Shown in pieces: positions 27,147 through 32,000 of a stretch of 32,000 nt of DNA (its first letter is position 1; each line of letters opens with the position of its first letter). Source of the stretch: Pseudidiomarina andamanensis (GTDB lineage: Bacteria; Pseudomonadota; Gammaproteobacteria; Enterobacterales; Alteromonadaceae); NCBI RefSeq assembly GCF_009734345.1, contig NZ_CP032551.1, forward strand, positions 1,680,001 to 1,712,000. The letters run 5' to 3'. The notes below the pieces were generated by a model. It was not told the origin of the DNA. It searched no databases and was given only the letters and a program-made list of their open reading frames with translations. The translations under genes were made by a program, and so were the position numbers.

Positions 27147-27270
27147 ACCTTGCTTATGTAGCTGTGACTTGCGATAATCGCGCATCTTTTTGGTTGGGTA
27201 AAGGAAGGTCTTGAGACACTCCGGATTCCGTGAGTCACAGCTAGTTAAATAAGTGAAGTAACACATCAAT

Positions 27271-27789
27271 ATGGCTGAAAAACGTAACATTTTCTTAGTG
27301 GGCCCTATGGGCGCTGGTAAAAGCACAATTGGGCGACAACTAGCCCGACAACTCCATCTCGAATTTTTTGATTCTGACACCGAAATCGAACGTCGTACCG
27401 GCGCCGATATCGCTTGGGTGTTTGAGTTAGAAGGCGAAGATGGCTTTCGCTTACGCGAAGAAAAAGTTATCGAAGAACTCACAGAGAACACCGGTATCGT
27501 GCTCGCGACTGGTGGCGGCTCTATCTTAAGCAAAGAAAGCCGTAACCGACTTTCAGCTCGAGGCGTGGTGGTGTATCTGCAAACGACTATTGAGAAGCAG
27601 CTCGCCCGTACACAACGCGACAAACGCCGCCCATTGATTGCTGAGGCAGATAATCCGCGTGAAGTGCTCGAGAACCTCGCTGAATTACGGAATCCGCTGT
27701 ATGAAGAAATTGCTGACATTGTTGTGCGTACAGACGAACAAAGCACCAAGGTTGTGATTGATCAAATTATCGAAAAAGTAGGTTTATAA
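27271..27789 (+). CDS. aroK: shikimate kinase I
   Basis: 172 aa starting [22 protein letters not shown] (P-loop), collinear with E. coli AroK. Confidence 0.96.
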   Translation: MAEKRNIFLVGPMGAGKSTIGRQLARQLHLEFFDSDTEIERRTGADIAWVFELEGEDGFRLREEKVIEELTENTGIVLATGGGSILSKESRNRLSARGVVVYLQTTIEKQLARTQRDKRRPLIAEADNPREVLENLAELRNPLYEEIADIVVRTDEQSTKVVIDQIIEKVGL

Positions 27790-27819
27790 CTTACTAGGCT
27801 TTTTATTTCGGAGGCGCTC

Positions 27820-28923
27820 ATGCAGAACACCACACAGCAAATCATCGTGGGTTTGGGTGAGCGCAGCTATCCTATCGATATTGGTGCAGGGTTGCTCTCG
27901 CGCACACCTTTGTTCGAGCAACTACCACAACAAGTCTTACTTCTCTCAAACACCGTGGTTGACCCGTTGTATGGCGACCAAGTACGCGCGAAATTAGAGC
28001 AGCATACACTCGTCACGCACCTCATTGAGGATGGTGAAAGCGCCAAAAGCTTCACCAATTTTGAAGCCATAATAGACACATTAATTCGTCACAACTTTAA
28101 CCGTGACTGCGCCATCATTGCGCTCGGCGGGGGTGTTGTCGGCGATTTAGCCGGCTTTGTTGCGGCAACGTACCAACGCGGTGTCGCTTTCTATCAAATT
28201 CCGACCACGCTGTTAGCACAAGTCGACTCATCGGTTGGTGGCAAAACCGCAATTAATCACACCGGTGGTAAAAATTTGGTTGGTGCGTTTTATCAACCAC
28301 AAGCCGTGTTGATTGATACCGACTGCTTGAAGACGCTAAACGCACGTGATTATGCCTGTGGCTTAGCCGAAGTGGTGAAGTACGGCATCATTGCTGATGC
28401 TGAGTTCTTTGCTTGGTTAGAAGCACATCAGAACGAACTGAATAAACGCGATGCAGCAGCGCTGACCTACGCCATCCAACGTAGTTGCGAAATTAAGGCT
28501 GAAGTCGTTGCAGCTGATGAACGCGAGCAATCGGTGCGCGCACTCTTGAACCTCGGTCACACCTTTGGCCATGCCATTGAGGCGGCTCATTATGAAAGTT
28601 GGAGACACGGCGAAGCAGTTGCCGCCGGCACCATCGTTGCTGCGTACCTGATGCATCAACAAGGCCGACTCAGTAGTCATGAGTTCACCCGCATCGAAAC
28701 ACTCTTGCAACAACTAAATTTGCCGATACGTGCCCCAGAAATGCCATTAGAGCGCTGGCAGACCTTCATGCAACGTGATAAAAAAGTACAAGCCGGTGTG
28801 GTTCGGTTAGTGCTACCAACAGCTATCGGACAAGCATGTCTTGAGCCTTGGTCAGATTGGCAAGCAATTGGTAATGCCATTGCGGCCATGAGCCACCCAG
28901 AAGCACACAGCCCTTTATTATAA
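27820..28923 (+). CDS. aroB: 3-dehydroquinate synthase
   Basis: 367 aa with GGGVVGDLAGF, the DSSVGGKT region and LNLGHTFGHAIE. It is downstream of aroK. Confidence 0.96.
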   Translation: MQNTTQQIIVGLGERSYPIDIGAGLLSRTPLFEQLPQQVLLLSNTVVDPLYGDQVRAKLEQHTLVTHLIEDGESAKSFTNFEAIIDTLIRHNFNRDCAIIALGGGVVGDLAGFVAATYQRGVAFYQIPTTLLAQVDSSVGGKTAINHTGGKNLVGAFYQPQAVLIDTDCLKTLNARDYACGLAEVVKYGIIADAEFFAWLEAHQNELNKRDAAALTYAIQRSCEIKAEVVAADEREQSVRALLNLGHTFGHAIEAAHYESWRHGEAVAAGTIVAAYLMHQQGRLSSHEFTRIETLLQQLNLPIRAPEMPLERWQTFMQRDKKVQAGVVRLVLPTAIGQACLEPWSDWQAIGNAIAAMSHPEAHSPLL

Positions 28924-28938
28924 AATGAGCCGAGTAGC

Positions 28939-29817
28939 ATGACGAAGCAGCGCGCCTTTCTGAAATGGGCAGGCGGTAAGTACAACCTCATTGAGTCAAT
29001 CACCGCGGTTTTGCCTGAAGGCAATAAGCTGATTGAGCCATTTGTTGGCGCTGGCTCAGTATTTCTGAATACTGACTATCCGAAATACTTACTCAACGAT
29101 GTGAATCCTGACTTAATCACCCTGTTTAAGTTTGTGAAGCGGCGCCCAAAGCGTTTCATTGAAGACGCTCGTAAGTTGTTTTGCATGGCGAACAACACGC
29201 CAGAGGCATACTATGCGCTGCGCCAACAGTTTAATGCCAGTACTGACCCGTACGAGCGTTCGTTGTTGTTCTTGTATCTCAATCGCCACGGTTATAACGG
29301 GTTGTGTCGCTATAATTTATCGGGCCAGTTCAATGTTCCGTTTGGACAATACCAGCGTCCGTATTTCCCCCAGGCAGAGATTGAGTTTTTCGCCGAAAAA
29401 GCACAGCGTGCGACATTTACTTGCATGGGCTTTGAGCAAGTATTTCGTCGAGCGCGCAAAGGCGATGTGGTTTATTGCGATCCGCCCTATGCACCGCTGA
29501 GTTTAACCGCGAACTTTACCAGTTATGCTTGTGGTGGCTTTGGTATGGATGACCAAACCGAATTAGCTCGTCGTGCAGAACATACGGCGAGAAAACGAGG
29601 CATTCCGGTGGTTATTAGTAATCACGACACTGAGTTTACTCGGTTACTTTATAAAAAAGCCGAATTAGAAAGCCTGCAAGTGGCGCGGTTCATTAGCCCG
29701 AAAGGCGATAGCCGCGGCAAGGTTGCGGAACTCTTGGCGCTGTATCAGCATGACCGCAATAATGTTGTTGCCCTTACCCCGGAAATAAGACCTGAATTAC
29801 GGAAGCGTTTACGATGA
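28939..29817 (+). CDS. dam: DNA adenine methyltransferase (GATC-specific Dam family)
   Basis: 292 aa with N-terminal AFLKWAGGKY, EPFVGAGSVF (SAM binding), NRHGYNGLCRYN and the catalytic DPPY. Confidence 0.95.
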   Translation: MTKQRAFLKWAGGKYNLIESITAVLPEGNKLIEPFVGAGSVFLNTDYPKYLLNDVNPDLITLFKFVKRRPKRFIEDARKLFCMANNTPEAYYALRQQFNASTDPYERSLLFLYLNRHGYNGLCRYNLSGQFNVPFGQYQRPYFPQAEIEFFAEKAQRATFTCMGFEQVFRRARKGDVVYCDPPYAPLSLTANFTSYACGGFGMDDQTELARRAEHTARKRGIPVVISNHDTEFTRLLYKKAELESLQVARFISPKGDSRGKVAELLALYQHDRNNVVALTPEIRPELRKRLR

Positions 29818-30260
29818 ACTGGCAGTTAAAATCTTTTGCTGAACTCTCGATCACCGAGCTGTATGACATTATTCAACGCCGCGAACAGGTGTTTGTGGTG
29901 GAGCAAACCTGCCCCTATTTAGATGCCGATGGTAGTGATGTTAACGCCCTGCATTTGTGGGCCGATAGCGATACAGAAACAGTCGTTGCCTACGCTCGTA
30001 TCTTTCTTGGCGAAGGTAGTGATGGCTACAGCCGTATCGGTCGTGTTCTCACTGCACAGTCGGTTCGTCGTTTGGGGTTGGGTCGCGAGCTAATGCAACG
30101 CGCACTGGATGTTTGCCATACCTATACACCACAACTGCCAATTCGCTTAGGCGCCCAAGTGTATTTGCGCGCATTCTATGAAAGCTTTGGCTTTGTTGCC
30201 ATTAGCGAAGAATACTTGGAAGACGACATTCCGCACATTGATATGGAACGTCAACCATGA
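29814..30260 (+). CDS. elaA: GNAT family N-acetyltransferase, ElaA-like
   Basis: 148 aa with ElaA-type FVVEQTCPYLDADGSD and GAQVYLRAFYESFGF. ATGA overlap with both the dam stop and the rsmJ start. Confidence 0.75.
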   Translation: MNWQLKSFAELSITELYDIIQRREQVFVVEQTCPYLDADGSDVNALHLWADSDTETVVAYARIFLGEGSDGYSRIGRVLTAQSVRRLGLGRELMQRALDVCHTYTPQLPIRLGAQVYLRAFYESFGFVAISEEYLEDDIPHIDMERQP

Positions 30261-30937
30261 GCGACACCCCATCCGACAGCGCCTTCGTTCTTGAACAAAG
30301 CGCGGAAGGGTTACAACTACGTTGGTTAGACCAACCAAAAATGCACCCGCTGCGCATTGATTTCTTAACTGGTAAAACCGCCTTTCGTGCGGCGCAAGCG
30401 CGCATCAAAGATGAAGCCATTGCGCGTGCCTGTGGTCTTAGCAAACTAAAAAACCCAAGCATTTTAGACGCAACGGCAGGCCTAGGTCGCGATGCGCAAG
30501 TGTTAGCACAATTAGGCGCAACCGTTGGCTTAAACGAACGCCACCCGATTGTGAAGCAGCTACTTGCCGACGCCTTAACACGGTTACATCAAGCCATGCC
30601 AGAGTGGCAGCATCGGCTATACTTGGTAGACGTAAGCAGCTTAGACGACATTGAAGACGACAGCTTTGACGTGGTTTATTTGGACCCGATGTACCCTAAA
30701 GGTGATCGCAAAGCCAAAGCAGCCGTAAAGAAAGACATGCAAATGTTTCAGCAGCTTGTCGGCGCCGATGAAGATGCCGATGAATTGTTGCAACCTGCGC
30801 TACGAATAGCTCGTCAGCGGGTGGTGGTAAAGCGCCCCCAGCATGCTGACTTTTTAGCGGGTGTTTCGCCGCATGCCCAAGTGGTTAGCAAGAAACACCG
30901 CTTTGACCTTTATTTTCCGGAGCAACATGATGATTAA
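30257..30937 (+). CDS. rsmJ: 16S rRNA (guanine1516-N2)-methyltransferase RsmJ (YhiQ family)
   Basis: 226 aa with ILDATAGLGRDA (SAM site), VVYLDPMYP, VVVKRP and HRFD, collinear with E. coli RsmJ. Confidence 0.88.
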   Translation: MSDTPSDSAFVLEQSAEGLQLRWLDQPKMHPLRIDFLTGKTAFRAAQARIKDEAIARACGLSKLKNPSILDATAGLGRDAQVLAQLGATVGLNERHPIVKQLLADALTRLHQAMPEWQHRLYLVDVSSLDDIEDDSFDVVYLDPMYPKGDRKAKAAVKKDMQMFQQLVGADEDADELLQPALRIARQRVVVKRPQHADFLAGVSPHAQVVSKKHRFDLYFPEQHDD

Positions 30938-31412
30938 AACGAATGACAGAATTCCTGCTGGTACGCTAACTGCGCTTGGCGAAGTAGGTATGCAGCAATT
31001 TAACCCTGCTGAGTTATTTGCCAAAGGCACCCACGTGTTATTTGCCGTACCGGGCGCGTTCACTCCAACCTGTTCTGAAAAGCATTTACCAAGCTTTGTG
31101 AAGCACGCCAATGACTTGCGCGCGCAAGGCGTTCAAACCATTGCTTGCGTGGCGGTCAACGACGCTTTTGTGATGAAAGCTTGGGGCAAGGCGCTAAATG
31201 TTGATGATAGCGTGATGCTGCTTGCAGACGGCGATGCGTCGTATCACCAACAATTGGGTTTAATTAAAGAAACCGGCAGCTTTGGCGGTACCCGCGCTGA
31301 GCGATATGCCATGGTCATTACCGACGGCGTTATCACCCATTTGTTTGTTGAAGACGAGAAAACCTACGGCGTCAGTAGCGCTGAGCACGTGCTCGAAGCC
31401 CTGCAAGGTTAA
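30927..31412 (+). CDS. peroxiredoxin, Prx5 subfamily (no glutaredoxin domain)
   Basis: 161 aa from ATG 30927, with GGAG 4 nt upstream. The peroxidatic Cys motif is PGAFTPTCS. It overlaps rsmJ by 11 nt. Confidence 0.88.
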   Translation: MMIKTNDRIPAGTLTALGEVGMQQFNPAELFAKGTHVLFAVPGAFTPTCSEKHLPSFVKHANDLRAQGVQTIACVAVNDAFVMKAWGKALNVDDSVMLLADGDASYHQQLGLIKETGSFGGTRAERYAMVITDGVITHLFVEDEKTYGVSSAEHVLEALQG

Positions 31413-31416
31413 TGCC

Positions 31417-32000
31417 GTGTCGCAGTCTGTCGTACATGATGTGATTGTGATTGGGGCCGGCGCTGCTGGCCTGCATTGTGCGGCAACTGCAGCAAAGCGT
31501 GGTCGACGGGTACTGGTGCTCGATCACGCCAAGCAAGCCGGTAAGAAGATTTTGATCTCGGGCGGTGGTCGCTGCAATTTTACCAATATGTACGCCAGCC
31601 CCGAGAATTACCTCTCTGAAAATCCGCATTTTTGTAAATCGGCACTAAGCCGTTATACCCAGTGGGATTTCATTGGGTTAGTCAACGATTACGGTATTGC
31701 CTACCACGAGAAAACACTCGGGCAGTTATTTTGTGATAACAGTGCCAAAGATATCGTCAATATGTTGATGAAAGAGTGCAGCAAACACGGCGCCCACGTG
31801 CAATTACGCACCGAAGTATTAAGCGTCGAGCACACGGCTGATGGCTATGTGGTGAATACCTCGCAGGGATTGTTGCAAGCTGAAAAAATTGTTGTTGCTT
31901 GTGGCGGGTTATCCATGCCAAAACTCGGCGCAACCCCGCTCGGTTATCAGCTCGCCGAACAATTTGGTCACCGTATTGTGCCCGTGCGTGCAGGGTTAGT
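31417..32000 (+). CDS. NAD(P)/FAD-dependent oxidoreductase, YhiN/HI0933 family (5' part; runs off the window)
   Basis: It is not in the ORF track because no stop is reached. Reading from GTG 31417 gives VSQSVVHDVIVIGAGAAGL (dinucleotide-binding GxGxxG) and ISGGGRCNFTN, typical of the family. The frame stays open to the window end. Confidence 0.8.
   Translation, partial: MSQSVVHDVIVIGAGAAGLHCAATAAKRGRRVLVLDHAKQAGKKILISGGGRCNFTNMYASPENYLSENPHFCKSALSRYTQWDFIGLVNDYGIAYHEKTLGQLFCDNSAKDIVNMLMKECSKHGAHVQLRTEVLSVEHTADGYVVNTSQGLLQAEKIVVACGGLSMPKLGATPLGYQLAEQFGHRIVPVRAGL

Noticed and set aside
28939-29817. dam as part of a restriction-modification or defence island
   Set aside because: No endonuclease-like ORF is adjacent. 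The gene sits in the conserved aroK-aroB-dam housekeeping context, so it is an orphan Dam.

Overview
This window looks like ordinary core chromosome from a gammaproteobacterium. Gene order and the argH(A) fusion suggest a marine Alteromonadales/Vibrionales-like lineage, but that is inference. I call 30 protein genes, all apparently intact. I recognised no rRNA, tRNA, CRISPR, transposase, integrase or phage genes.

Left part, all on the minus strand except the plus-strand hutI tail: hutI tail, hutG, rraA, hslU, hslV, ftsN, argS, priA, a short malic enzyme and rpmE. This echoes the E. coli rraA-hslUV-ftsN-priA-rpmE-metJ-metL/arg neighbourhood.

Middle: the argC-argB-argF-argG-argH(A) operon, in which ArgH carries a C-terminal GNAT (short N-acetylglutamate-synthase-like) domain, then metJ divergent from metL.

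Right: mrcA divergent from pilMNOPQ-aroK-aroB-dam. There is no damX. These are followed by translationally coupled genes for an elaA-like GNAT, rsmJ and a Prx5-type peroxiredoxin, then the 5' part of a yhiN-family flavoprotein gene.

I do not see a convincing novel multi-gene system. The least ordinary signal is a family of three 100-140 bp intergenic palindromic elements at about 6.1, 8.5 and 10.5 kb. They are built from phased 7-bp CGTTATT/AATAACG units and sit exactly at gene or promoter boundaries.

Other supported non-coding signals:
- a canonical tandem ARG-box operator before argC
- tandem Met boxes between metJ and metL
- a sigma32-type promoter for hslVU
- a near-consensus sigma70 promoter for rpmE
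- two intrinsic terminators
- a perfect 11+2+11 bp palindrome between mrcA and pilM
- a long-range inverted repeat between pilQ and aroK

All calls rest on reading the translations and sequence by eye. No database search was run.
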